Shown here: positions 10,947 to 20,615 of the stretch, piece by piece
How positions within the stretch are numbered: the first letter of the stretch is position 1
How the letters are laid out: the number at the start of each line of letters is the position of its first letter
Assembly (NCBI GenBank): GCA_034521595.1
Contig: JAXHMG010000003.1
Coordinates: forward strand, 2,688,001-2,752,000
Direction of reading: 5' to 3'
DNA: 64,000 bases
Origin: Gemmatimonadota bacterium
GTDB lineage: Bacteria > Gemmatimonadota > Gemmatimonadetes > Longimicrobiales > Gaopeijiaceae
The notes under the pieces: generated by a model
What the model was told of the DNA's origin: nothing
Database searches by the model: none
Seen by the model: only the letters and a program-made list of their open reading frames with translations
Translations under genes and position numbers: made by a program

Positions 10947-13313
10947 ATGAAGATGTCGAGACGTTGCCTTTTACTAGCGCTCGCCGCCGTTTGGGCGGCT
11001 CCGTTGAGCGCTCAGTCGTTCGGTAACTCGGTCACGGTAGGCGACCGCGAGGTGTTCGTCGGAGAGCCCACGCACGAGATGCGGTCGGGCGTGCTCTACG
11101 TCTTCCGCCCCGACGACTCGGGCGAATGGACTCGAGTCCAGCGCCTCGAAGCTTCCGACGGTCAACCCGGCGACCGATTCGGCATCCGGTCGACGATCCA
11201 CGAAGACGAGCTCTACGTCTCGGCCACGCGCATCGACGACGGAACCGGAGCGGTCTACGTCTTCCGCAAGGACGGGGACGAGTGGGTCGAATCCGGCCGG
11301 CTCGTGACGGATGACCGCTCCCCGGCGGACAGCCTGGGGAGCGGGCTCGACGTGCAAGACGACTGGGCCATGGTCGGAACCATCGGCCAGAACGAAGGGC
11401 GCGGAGCGGTCTACGCCTTCCGCCGTGACGGCGACGAGTGGGTGCAGCACACCAAGCTCGCTCCGGAGAACCTCCAGGCCGAGGACCGTTTCGGCAGCAC
11501 CGTATCGCTCCAGAACGGGTGGGCGCTCGTCGGAGCCCCCTCGCGCGGTGACGAACAAGGCGCGGTCTATACCTTCCGCTACAACGCTTCGTCCGACGAG
11601 TGGGAACCGCGGGGCACCCTCCAGGCACCGAACCTGCAACCGCAGTCGGGCATGGGAAGGGACATCGTGCTGCGTGACGGAACTGCGCTCGTGACGGCCC
11701 CCGGATTTCTGCAAGGCATGGGACTCGTGTTCGCTTACACGCTGGCTAACGAGTCCTGGGAGCTGACCGCCATGCTCTCGCCCTTCCAGATGGAGCCCGG
11801 AGGGCAGTTCGGCTCGTCTCTGAGCTTCGACGGACAAACCGCGCTCATCGGAACGCCCGGCGCCTCGTCCGGAGAAGGGCGCGTCTACGCATTTCGGAAA
11901 GACGAGGAGACCGGAGAGTGGGCTGACGCCCGCCGTCTCGCTCCCGAAGACCTTTCGTCCCAGGATTTCTTCGCGGCCACCGTGGACCAGGCCGGAGGCG
12001 TGGCGGTCGCCGCTTCTCTCGGTCAGGACTACGAAGCCGGCGCCGCCTACGTGCTCGAGCGTTCGGGCAACGAATGGGAGACGGTCGACCGTATCACCGG
12101 CGAAGTCATCGGAATGGAAGCCGTCACCGGGGACGAAGTTCCGTGCTCGGACGACGGTGAGGCGGTCATGTTCGACTGCTCGTCGGTGGACCTGGTCTCG
12201 TTCCTCCCCCTCGGCGACATGGGCGCGGGACGGGGCGTGCGCGCCAACGACGTGTGGGGGTGGACCGACCCGGAGACGGGACGTGAGATCGCACTCGTGG
12301 GCATGACGGACCAGACGGTGTTCGTCGACGTCAGCGACGCGGGGAACCCCTCGTATCTGGGCCGACTCCCCATGACCGAGACGGCCGACGGCTCGACCTG
12401 GCGGGACATGAAGGTCTACGACGATCACATGTACGTGGTATCCGACGGGGCGGGCGAGCATGGCATGCAGGTCTTCGACCTCACCCGGCTCCAGGGGCTC
12501 GACGGCTCGGATCCGGTGACCTTCGACGCGGACGCGCTCTACGACCGCATCAACAGCGCGCACAACATCGTCATCAACGAGGAGACCGGGTTCGCGTACG
12601 CGGTCGGAGCCAGCGCCGGTGGCGACACGTGCGGCGGCGGGCTTCACATGATCGACATCAACCAGCCGACCAACCCCACGTTCGCGGGATGTTTCCAGGA
12701 CACGTCGACCGGACGCCAGCGCACCGGCTATTCGCACGATGCCCAGTGCGTCATCTACCGCGGCCCCGACGAGGACTACCAGGGTCAGGAGATCTGCTTC
12801 GGCTCCAACGAGACGGCGCTCTCGATCGCGGACGTCACGGACAAGGACAACCCCGTCGCGGTGTCGACCGCCACCTACCCGAACGTGGCATACTCCCACC
12901 AGGGCTGGCTCTCCGAGGATCACCGGTACTTCTTCATGAACGACGAGCTCGACGAGATGGGCGGTAACGTGCCCAACACGCGCACGCTCGTCTGGGACAT
13001 CGCCGACCTCGAAGATCCCATTCTCGCCAACGAGTACTTCCACGAGACGAACGCGATCGACCACAACCTGTACGTGCTCGGAAACACGATGTACCAGTCG
13101 AACTACACGAGCGGATTGCGGGTGCTCGACGTTTCCGACCCGGTGAACCCGGCGCCGGTGGGGCACTTCGACACCGTCCCGTACGGAGGCGACGAAGCGG
13201 AGTTCAACGGGTCATGGTCGAACTATCCGTATTTCGAGAGCGGTGTGGTCATCGTCACGAGTCAGCGAGAAGGACTGTTCGTCGTGCGGTACCGCCCGCG
13301 CTCGATCTCCTGA
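10947..13313 (+). CDS. Exported FG-GAP repeat plus choice-of-anchor B (LVIVD repeat) protein
   Basis: Signal peptide; repeated DRFG..GAVYVF FG-GAP units; NDVWGWTDPETGRE, STWRDMKVY, HGMQVFDL, SAHNIVINE, YSHDAQC, YSHQGW, IDHNLY, WSNYPYFESG. Confidence 0.9.
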   Translation: MKMSRRCLLLALAAVWAAPLSAQSFGNSVTVGDREVFVGEPTHEMRSGVLYVFRPDDSGEWTRVQRLEASDGQPGDRFGIRSTIHEDELYVSATRIDDGTGAVYVFRKDGDEWVESGRLVTDDRSPADSLGSGLDVQDDWAMVGTIGQNEGRGAVYAFRRDGDEWVQHTKLAPENLQAEDRFGSTVSLQNGWALVGAPSRGDEQGAVYTFRYNASSDEWEPRGTLQAPNLQPQSGMGRDIVLRDGTALVTAPGFLQGMGLVFAYTLANESWELTAMLSPFQMEPGGQFGSSLSFDGQTALIGTPGASSGEGRVYAFRKDEETGEWADARRLAPEDLSSQDFFAATVDQAGGVAVAASLGQDYEAGAAYVLERSGNEWETVDRITGEVIGMEAVTGDEVPCSDDGEAVMFDCSSVDLVSFLPLGDMGAGRGVRANDVWGWTDPETGREIALVGMTDQTVFVDVSDAGNPSYLGRLPMTETADGSTWRDMKVYDDHMYVVSDGAGEHGMQVFDLTRLQGLDGSDPVTFDADALYDRINSAHNIVINEETGFAYAVGASAGGDTCGGGLHMIDINQPTNPTFAGCFQDTSTGRQRTGYSHDAQCVIYRGPDEDYQGQEICFGSNETALSIADVTDKDNPVAVSTATYPNVAYSHQGWLSEDHRYFFMNDELDEMGGNVPNTRTLVWDIADLEDPILANEYFHETNAIDHNLYVLGNTMYQSNYTSGLRVLDVSDPVNPAPVGHFDTVPYGGDEAEFNGSWSNYPYFESGVVIVTSQREGLFVVRYRPRSIS

Positions 13314-13333
13314 TCGAAGCTGGAGGACACGCG

Positions 13334-15190
13334 TTGCCAGACGCGCATGACACGGACCGGCGAGGAGTGCCGCCGCTCGCTGCGGTGCTCCTCGCCTTGC
13401 TCGCGGGGTCGGCCGGATGCGCCGGAGGTGCGAGCTCCGACCCCGATGCTCCGGCGCCGAGCGGATCGGAAGCGTTCTCGCGGGACATCACGCCGTTCGA
13501 GGTTCTCGATGCCGACGGCACCCCGTACGAGCATCCGTTCCTCGGCGGCTACAACCTTCCCCGGCCTCAACTCGTGGACATCGACGGTGACGGAGACCTG
13601 GACCTCTTCATCCAGGAAGAATCCGGTAAGATCGCCTTCTTCGAACACGTGCCGGAAGAAGAGCCCCGCTTCCAGTGGCGAAGCGATCACTTCCAGGAGC
13701 TCGACGTCGGCGAGTGGTACCGGTTCGTCGATCTCGACCGTGACGGAATTCCGGATCTCCTGGCGGAACAGCCGTACAGCTACGTCCGCTACTACAGGAA
13801 CGTGGGCACCGCGACGGAGCCCCGTTTCGAGCTCGCCGCCGACAGCCTCAAGGACACCTCCGGAGAGCCCATCTTCTCCGACCGCCAGAACATCCCCAAC
13901 GCCACCGACATCGACTGCAACGGGCGTATGGATCTCCTCGTGGGCCGCCTGACCGGAACCATCACCCGGTATCAGGAGAGCGGAACCGACGAGCGGGGGG
14001 CGCCGATGTTCGAGCACATCAACGACCGCTTCGAAGACATCGAGATCGTGGCTCAGTTCGGGAGCCTCCACGGGGCGAACACGATGGCCTTCGGGGACAT
14101 CGACGCAGATGGCGACCAGGACCTCTTCTGGGGTGACTTCTTCGAGCCGGGCATTCTCCTCATCGAGAACGGCGGCACCTGCCAGTCGCCCTCATATCGA
14201 GGCACGCCCCGCCCCTTCCCGCTCGGTGACCCGCTCCTGACGAGCGGTTACAACGCTCCGACCGTCGGGGACGTGGACGGGGACGGCCTTCCGGACATGA
14301 TCGTCGGGGTGCTCGGAGGCGCGTTCAATCCCAACACGACGAGCGTCGACAACCTCAACTACCTCCGACAGCGCCAGGACGGTGGCTTCGAGCACGTGAC
14401 GTCCCGACTGATCTCGATGATCGACGTCGGCAGCGAGAGTGCGCCCGTCCTCGTCGACCTGGACGGCGACGGCGACCTCGATCTCGTGGTCGGCAACAAG
14501 ATCGACCAGGATGACAGTCAGAACGGAAGTCTCACCATCTTCCTGAACGAAGGCACGCCCACCGCCCCTCGCTTCGAAGAAGGGGGGCGGTTGGAGCTCG
14601 GAGGTGGTTATCACCCCGTGCCGGCCTTCGGCGATCTGACTGGGGACGGAGAGGCGGACATCATGCTCGGCACCTGGTCCGACGAGGTCCGCTACCTCTC
14701 CGGCGAGAGCTCCGATCCGACCGAGTTCGAGCTGGTGGACTCGGCATTCGTCACGATCCCGAGAGGTCGCAACACGACTCCGACACTCGGTGACCTCGAC
14801 GGCGACGGAGACCTCGACCTCCTGGTCGGCGAGGCGTCCGGGACCCTCAACTACTACGAGAACGTGGGCACGCGGACGCGACCCGAGTTCGAGCTGGCCG
14901 CCGAGGACTTCGCGGATATCGATGTGGGCCGCCGCAGCGCACCGCGTTTGCACGACCTCGACGGGAACGGCCGACTCGACCTCCTCGTGGGCTCGGAGGA
15001 CGACGGCGTGCACGTCTATCGCAACGTCGGGACGGCCACCGAAGCCGAGTTCGTCCGTGACGGATCGTTGCCCATTCCCGTGCACGGGCTCGCGGTACCG
15101 GCGTTGGGCGACGTGACGGGGAACGGAATGGACGACCTCGTGCTCGGCGGCATCGGCGGAGGGCTGCTGTTCTACCACGGCGGGCGGTAG
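13334..15190 (+). CDS. FG-GAP/VCBS repeat (Ca-binding beta-propeller) lipoprotein
   Basis: Lipobox-like LLAGSAGC; many DxDGDGDLDL repeats. Start placed at TTG 13334 behind GGAGG. Confidence 0.85.
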   Translation: MPDAHDTDRRGVPPLAAVLLALLAGSAGCAGGASSDPDAPAPSGSEAFSRDITPFEVLDADGTPYEHPFLGGYNLPRPQLVDIDGDGDLDLFIQEESGKIAFFEHVPEEEPRFQWRSDHFQELDVGEWYRFVDLDRDGIPDLLAEQPYSYVRYYRNVGTATEPRFELAADSLKDTSGEPIFSDRQNIPNATDIDCNGRMDLLVGRLTGTITRYQESGTDERGAPMFEHINDRFEDIEIVAQFGSLHGANTMAFGDIDADGDQDLFWGDFFEPGILLIENGGTCQSPSYRGTPRPFPLGDPLLTSGYNAPTVGDVDGDGLPDMIVGVLGGAFNPNTTSVDNLNYLRQRQDGGFEHVTSRLISMIDVGSESAPVLVDLDGDGDLDLVVGNKIDQDDSQNGSLTIFLNEGTPTAPRFEEGGRLELGGGYHPVPAFGDLTGDGEADIMLGTWSDEVRYLSGESSDPTEFELVDSAFVTIPRGRNTTPTLGDLDGDGDLDLLVGEASGTLNYYENVGTRTRPEFELAAEDFADIDVGRRSAPRLHDLDGNGRLDLLVGSEDDGVHVYRNVGTATEAEFVRDGSLPIPVHGLAVPALGDVTGNGMDDLVLGGIGGGLLFYHGGR

Positions 15191-15196
15191 GTCCGC

Positions 15197-16090
15197 GTGG
15201 CCACTCCTTCTTCGTCCGGGCCGGTGTTCGGCCTCGTCGACGCCGGTCGGTTGGGTGCGAGCCTCGCGGAAGCCCTGCGACGAGCCGGTCACACGGTCGT
15301 CGCCGTGAGTCGGCGTGACCCCGAACAGGCCCGAGCGCTGGCCCGGCGCCTGGGGGACGGGGTGCTCGGAACGAGTGACCCGCAGGCGGTCGTCAAGGCC
15401 GCGGACGCGGTGTTTCTCACGAGCCCGGACGACCGCATCGGGTGGCTCGCCCGGGAGCTGGCGTTCCGGTCCGACCAGATCGTTATTCATTGCTCGGGCG
15501 CCACCCCCGTGTCGGTCCTCGCACCCGCACGTGCTGCCGGAGCCGAGACGGGCGGCTTCCATCCTCTGCAAACGTTCCCCGACGAGCATGGCGCGGACCG
15601 CTTCGCAGGGGTCACGTTCGGCATCGAAGCCGAAAGGCCCTCCCTGCTCCAGCGGCTTCAACGGCTGGCCGTGGAGCTCGGAGGGACGTCGGTCACGCTC
15701 GACGAGGAATCACGGCCGCTCTATCACGCATCGGCGGTGATGGCCGGACCGCTCACGGCGGCCCTCGCCGGTCTCGCCTCCGAGCTCTGGACCCGATTCG
15801 GACACGACCGAGAGGCCGGGCTGCGGGCGTTGAGCCCCCTCCTGAAGGCAACGACCGACCACCTCGCCATGCTGGGCATCCCCGCGGCGATGACCGGTCC
15901 CTACGTGCGCGGCGACCTCGCTCCGGTCCGTGCGCATCTCGCCGCGCTGGGCGACGCCGACCCCGAGGTTCTCCGCGCGTACGCGTCGCTCGCCCTCGCA
16001 CAGCTTCCGCTCGCAGCGGAGCGTGGCAACATTCCTGAAGACCGGATGCGAGAGCTACACTCGCTCCTGGCGGACGCGGCACGGACGTAG
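15197..16090 (+). CDS. Rossmann-like plus DUF2520 domain protein (candidate PanG-type ketopantoate reductase)
   Basis: AGRLGASL, HCSGA, FHPLQTF, LYHASAV, MTGPYVRGD; directly upstream of panB. Confidence 0.85.
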   Translation: MATPSSSGPVFGLVDAGRLGASLAEALRRAGHTVVAVSRRDPEQARALARRLGDGVLGTSDPQAVVKAADAVFLTSPDDRIGWLARELAFRSDQIVIHCSGATPVSVLAPARAAGAETGGFHPLQTFPDEHGADRFAGVTFGIEAERPSLLQRLQRLAVELGGTSVTLDEESRPLYHASAVMAGPLTAALAGLASELWTRFGHDREAGLRALSPLLKATTDHLAMLGIPAAMTGPYVRGDLAPVRAHLAALGDADPEVLRAYASLALAQLPLAAERGNIPEDRMRELHSLLADAART

Positions 16091-16132
16091 GACACCGCGT
16101 CCTCCCCCCACAGGGAGAGCAGATTGCCAGAG

Positions 16133-16981
16133 ATGAGAACGACACTCCGCGACGTGCGGCGGCTGCTGGACTCGAGCGAGCCCATTCCGATGGTCACCGC
16201 GTACGACTACACCTCGGCGCTCCTCGCCGACCGAGCAGGCATTCCGATGATCCTGGTCGGCGACAGCATGGCGCAGACGATGCTGGGCTTCGAAGACACT
16301 CTTCCGGTCACCGTGGACGACATGGTCCGGCACACGGCGGCGGTCGTCCGCGGGACGAGCCGCGCGTTCGTCGTCGCAGACATGCCGTTCATGAGCTACC
16401 AGGCGAGCTTGTCCGACGCGCTCCGAAACGCCGGGCGGCTGCTCAAGGAAGGGGGCGCGCAGGCGGTGAAGCTCGAAGGGGGCGCCTCCATGGTGGAGAC
16501 CGTACGCGCGCTCGTCGGATCCGGCGTGGCCGTGATGGCCCACCTGGGTTTGACGCCTCAATCGGTCCATCAGCTCGGAGGCTATGGGGTGCAGGCACGC
16601 ACGGCGGCCGCCGCGCGAACGTTGCTCGACGATGCACGCGCCCTGGAGGAAGCGGGCGCGTTCGCGCTCGTCCTCGAGCTCGTCCCGGCGGAGCTCGCCG
16701 CGGAAGTGACCGAAGAGCTCTCGATCCCGACGATCGGCATCGGCGCCGGCGAAGCGTGCGACGGACAGGTCCAGGTGTGGCACGACCTGCTGGGCCTGTC
16801 GGTGGACTTCACCCCGCGGCACGCCAAGCGATACGCGGAGGTCGGCACCGTCGTGCGGGAAGCGTTGGAGCGGTGGGCCGAAGACGTACGCGAACGGCGC
16901 TTCCCGACCGACCAGCAGACCTCGCATCTGACCGAAAGGATCGACCTGGGAACGAAGACCCTCGAGCCGGACCGGGAATGA
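16133..16981 (+). CDS. panB: 3-methyl-2-oxobutanoate hydroxymethyltransferase
   Basis: MVTAYDY, ILVGDS, VADMPFMSY, AVKLEGG, HLGLTPQS, TIGIGAG, CDGQVQV. Alternative TTG start at 16124. Confidence 0.97.
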   Translation: MRTTLRDVRRLLDSSEPIPMVTAYDYTSALLADRAGIPMILVGDSMAQTMLGFEDTLPVTVDDMVRHTAAVVRGTSRAFVVADMPFMSYQASLSDALRNAGRLLKEGGAQAVKLEGGASMVETVRALVGSGVAVMAHLGLTPQSVHQLGGYGVQARTAAAARTLLDDARALEEAGAFALVLELVPAELAAEVTEELSIPTIGIGAGEACDGQVQVWHDLLGLSVDFTPRHAKRYAEVGTVVREALERWAEDVRERRFPTDQQTSHLTERIDLGTKTLEPDRE

Positions 16982-17021
16982 CTTCCGCCGAACGCTCCAC
17001 GCATACGAAGGAACGGACCCC

Positions 17022-17855
17022 GTGCGCGTGATCGAGACCGTGGCCGAGATGCACGAGGCGCGCCACGAGCTCGAGGAGCCGGTCGCTATGGTGGCGACGC
17101 TCGGCGGCATGCACGCGGGACACGAAGCTCTCCTCGAACGCGCACGAGACGTCGGCGCCTCGCTCGTCGCGTCCCTCTTCCTCAATCCGACGCAGTTCGA
17201 CGATCCCGAGGACCTCGAGCGTTACCCGACGGACCGCGCCCGTGACCTCGAGATCTTCGAGCGGCACGGGGTCGATATCGTGTTCGCGCCCTCGGCCGAG
17301 GAGATGTATCCCGGCGGGGCGAGCACGGAAGTCGACCCGGGCCCTGTCGGGCGCGTTCTCGAAGGTGCCCACCGTCCCGGCCACTTTCGGGGAGTGGCCA
17401 CCGTCGTGGCCAAGATCCTGACCGTGCTCCGCCCGGACATCGCCGTCTGGGGCGCGAAGGACGCACAGCAGAACGTGGTCATCCGCCGCCTTTCGACCGA
17501 CCTCCGCATGTCCGTGCGCCACCTCGTCGTCCCCACCGTGCGCGCGACGGACGGCCTCGCCATGAGCTCGCGGAATCGCCACCTCTCTGGAGCGGAACGC
17601 GCCCAGGCCACCTCCCTGTACCGAGGTCTCCGAACCGCGCTGGACCTCTGGAAGGAGGGCCTGCGCGATGCCGACAAGCTGCGCGACGCCGTGCGCTTCG
17701 AGATGTCGGTGCAACCGTCCGTGGAAGTCGAATACGTGAGCCTGGCCGACCCCGAGACGCTGGAGGAGCTCTCCCGCGCCACATCCGAGGCCCTTCTTTC
17801 GGTTGCGGCACGCGTCGGCCGAACCCGACTCATCGACAACATGACGCTGGGTTAG
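17022..17855 (+). CDS. panC: Pantoate--beta-alanine ligase
   Basis: TLGGMHAGH, FLNPTQF, EMYP, RPGHFRGVATVV, KDAQQ, DGLAMSSRN, RLIDN. Confidence 0.95.
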   Translation: MRVIETVAEMHEARHELEEPVAMVATLGGMHAGHEALLERARDVGASLVASLFLNPTQFDDPEDLERYPTDRARDLEIFERHGVDIVFAPSAEEMYPGGASTEVDPGPVGRVLEGAHRPGHFRGVATVVAKILTVLRPDIAVWGAKDAQQNVVIRRLSTDLRMSVRHLVVPTVRATDGLAMSSRNRHLSGAERAQATSLYRGLRTALDLWKEGLRDADKLRDAVRFEMSVQPSVEVEYVSLADPETLEELSRATSEALLSVAARVGRTRLIDNMTLG

Positions 17856-17981
17856 CAGCCCTCGACGCCGTCGGAGCACGGCAGGCGCTCCTTTCGGTTG
17901 CGGTGACCGTCCCCTTTCGGTAGCCTCAGTCGGCTACAGACGACACGCGAGGACACCCCCCCACTTCGACGTCCCTCCGAC

Positions 17982-19145
17982 GTGACTCCCGAATCCTTCC
18001 TTGCACTGACCGAGAGGAATGCCGACCCGGCCTTCCTCCTTTCTTCGCATGGCACCGTCGTAGCCGCGAACCCCAGTGGCTCGTCGACGCTCGGCTGCAC
18101 CGCGGTGAGCCCGGACTGCGGCATGGACCTCGGGGACTTCGTCGACGACTCGGAAGGAGCCTTCGAGGCGCATCTCCGCAGCTGGGTCGCCTCCGGCGTG
18201 CCCATCAGCCGCCCGATCCGCCTGAAAGATCCGGACGGCCGCCGACGCCGTTACCGGGGCGAAGGGCTCCGGGTCACAAGCCCCGGGCCGCAGGTCGACC
18301 CTCTGGTGCTGCTCCACTGCGTGCCCCTCGACGCACGGGCGGAGCGCCGATCCACCCTCGCACCGCAGCGATCGGCATCCGAAGGAAAGGAGCCCAGGAC
18401 CGTCGGCAAGATGGAAGCCATGGGCAACTTGGCCGCCGGCATCGCGCACGATTTCAACAATCTGCTGACGGTGATGAAGGTCGAAGTCGAACTCGCGATG
18501 GAGCACGACGAGGTCCCGGCCGAGATCGTGGACTCGCTTCTCTCGACGCACGCTGCCGTGCTCCGCGCCGAGTCCCTGGTCGACGGCCTCCTCGCGTTTT
18601 CGAGGCACCAGCTCGTTCGGACTTCTCGAACCGACCTGCGGCGACTGGTCGAGGGGACGATTCCGAGGGTCCACACCATCACCGACCCGGCCGAGCCGGT
18701 CGTGGATCAGGCAGATGCGCCCCTTCCCGTACAGATCGATCCGGAGCACATGGAGACCGTGCTCCTCGCCCTCGTCCGGAACGCTGTAGAGGCGACGACC
18801 GCCGAGCCGTTCGTGAGCATCCGGACGCGCAGGGAGGTGCTCGGCCCGGACTTCGTGCGCAGGAACGCCGGCTCCAGCGAGGGAGAGTTCGCGGTCCTCG
18901 AAGTCGCGGATCGGGGAACGGGCATCCCACCCGAAGTCGCCGCTCGCATGTTCGAGCCGTTCTTCACGACCAAAGGGAGAGGCTACGGTCGTGGCCTCGG
19001 GCTGGCGCAGGCGTTCGGCATCGTGAAGATGCTCGGCGGTTACGTGAAAGTGGACACGGACCTCGGTGTGGGATCGACGTTCACCGTATACCTGCCGCTT
19101 CAGGGAGACCTACAGGGCGACCCAGAGCGTACGGAAGACGCTTAG
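17982..19145 (+). CDS. Cytoplasmic PAS-domain sensor histidine kinase, no receiver domain
   Basis: N-terminal PAS-like region; H-box GIAHDFNNLL; DRGTGI, FEPFFTTK, GRGLGL, GVGSTF. Confidence 0.9.
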   Translation: MTPESFLALTERNADPAFLLSSHGTVVAANPSGSSTLGCTAVSPDCGMDLGDFVDDSEGAFEAHLRSWVASGVPISRPIRLKDPDGRRRRYRGEGLRVTSPGPQVDPLVLLHCVPLDARAERRSTLAPQRSASEGKEPRTVGKMEAMGNLAAGIAHDFNNLLTVMKVEVELAMEHDEVPAEIVDSLLSTHAAVLRAESLVDGLLAFSRHQLVRTSRTDLRRLVEGTIPRVHTITDPAEPVVDQADAPLPVQIDPEHMETVLLALVRNAVEATTAEPFVSIRTRREVLGPDFVRRNAGSSEGEFAVLEVADRGTGIPPEVAARMFEPFFTTKGRGYGRGLGLAQAFGIVKMLGGYVKVDTDLGVGSTFTVYLPLQGDLQGDPERTEDA

Positions 19146-19192
19146 CAGCCCACGGGCGGAGGGACACGCCCCTCAGCACGCAGCCAGGCCCG

Positions 19193-20041
19193 CTACGGAA
19201 GGTGCTCGACGAGGAGTTGCTGAAGGGTCTCTGGATCGTCCGCGTTGACCCAGTGCCCTCCGTCGACCCGGTGGAGTCGCACCCGACCGTCCGTGGCCCG
19301 GCCCGCCGCCTCGACGCGGGCGCAGGCGTCCTCGTCCAGCACGGTGGAAGCGCTCGCCTTGATCATGTGCACGCGGGCTTGGGCGGGCGGCGCCTCCAGC
19401 ACCGGCCACGCATCCGTGTCGAAGAAGTCGCGAAGCAGGGCCTCCATCTCGTCGGGGTCGACCCGCCACACGAGCTCGTCTCCGACCGGGGAGCGGACGA
19501 GGTTCGTGGCCATCCACTGCGCGACCGGATTCGGGAAGCCCGACGCCTCCACGGCCGCGATCCCCTCGGCACGGTCGGCGAACGGGCCCGGATTCCGTCG
19601 GAGCACCTCGAGCATGGTCCAAGCGCTTCCCTCCGGGGTCCGCGCCGCGGGTGTCGAGTCCACGACCCAGACGCTCCGGGGCACCTCCACCGAGCCCACA
19701 TCCCCGCGGCTCGTTCCGGCGTCACGTAGGTACAGGAGGGCGACCTTCCCTCCGAACGAGTGCCCGAGCACCGCGGTGGGCGCGATCCCGAGATGCTCGG
19801 CCAGCCGCTTGAGGTCGTCCACGCACGCTTCGAGGGTATGCGGCGGCTCGAAGCCCCCCGAGTCACCATGCATCCGAAGGTCGACGGGAATCGCACCCCA
19901 CTCGGGCCGCTCGCGGACCAAGCGCCGAGCCACGGAAGACCAGTTGCGCCCCGCCCCGTAGATTCCGTGCAGGACGAACATCCATCGGTCGGGGTTCGCG
20001 TCGGGGGCTACGATGTGGTCGTGGGCGAGAATCGGTGGCAT
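19193..20041 (-). CDS. Alpha/beta hydrolase (YbfF/ABHD11-like esterase)
   Basis: LHGIYGAGRNW, VDLRMHG, GHSFGGKVA, GHWVNADDP. Confidence 0.9.
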   Translation of the reverse strand: MPPILAHDHIVAPDANPDRWMFVLHGIYGAGRNWSSVARRLVRERPEWGAIPVDLRMHGDSGGFEPPHTLEACVDDLKRLAEHLGIAPTAVLGHSFGGKVALLYLRDAGTSRGDVGSVEVPRSVWVVDSTPAARTPEGSAWTMLEVLRRNPGPFADRAEGIAAVEASGFPNPVAQWMATNLVRSPVGDELVWRVDPDEMEALLRDFFDTDAWPVLEAPPAQARVHMIKASASTVLDEDACARVEAAGRATDGRVRLHRVDGGHWVNADDPETLQQLLVEHLP

Positions 20042-20164
20042 GTCGGACCAGGTTTCGGGAGATCGTGGCACGCGAAAGGGGAACGGGCGCCCGCAACCTG
20101 CCCGATCCCCACGGAGGAATCAATCGTGTGCCGCCAGGCCCCGCGGTGATCCGGGAGCCCAACG

Positions 20165-20614
20165 TCATTCCACGACCATGGACTCCGCGATCAGCACCAA
20201 GCGCTCCACCGCGACTTCATGACCGGTGGCGTCGAGCTCGGGGCCTTCCATGGCAGTTGGCAAGGCATTCACGAGCCGCCAGGTCTGCACGACACCACTG
20301 CGGTCCTCGGCCAGGAGCTGGATGAGGACCGTCCGCCGGTCGGCCGAGCCGCGCAACGAGGCATCCAGCCATTCGTGCAAGATGGTGTCGCCGATGAGCC
20401 CCCTGCTCAGCGTCGCCGTGATCGGGCTCGCACGTCCGGGGATGAGCCGCGGCGCATTCGTCTTGTAATTCCCCGCACGGTATTGGAGCATCTCCACCGA
20501 CCGGTCGAGTCCGCTCACCGCGCTGAACCCCGCCTGCACCGATTCGGGGTCGAGCCCCTCGAATGACACGAGGAAGTTGAAAGAGCCATAGGGAGTTTCG
20601 CGAAGCACGGGCAT
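20165..20614 (-). CDS. T4 gp19-like tail tube protein (eCIS Afp1/Afp5 type)
   Basis: PYGSFNFLV, GFSAVSGL, YRAG, RLIPGR, TLSRG, HEW, RRTVLIQL, WRLVNALP, GPELDA, VAVERLVL match the gp19-family pattern. Confidence 0.9.
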   Translation of the reverse strand: MPVLRETPYGSFNFLVSFEGLDPESVQAGFSAVSGLDRSVEMLQYRAGNYKTNAPRLIPGRASPITATLSRGLIGDTILHEWLDASLRGSADRRTVLIQLLAEDRSGVVQTWRLVNALPTAMEGPELDATGHEVAVERLVLIAESMVVE

Positions 20615-20615
20615 A

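Noticed and set aside
10974-15661. Minus-strand ORFs of 730 aa and 489 aa
   Set aside because: Mirror frames of the FG-GAP and choice-of-anchor B genes.
20066-20082. TGGCACG as a sigma54 -24 box
   Set aside because: No TTGC at -12, and it points against the adjacent genes.
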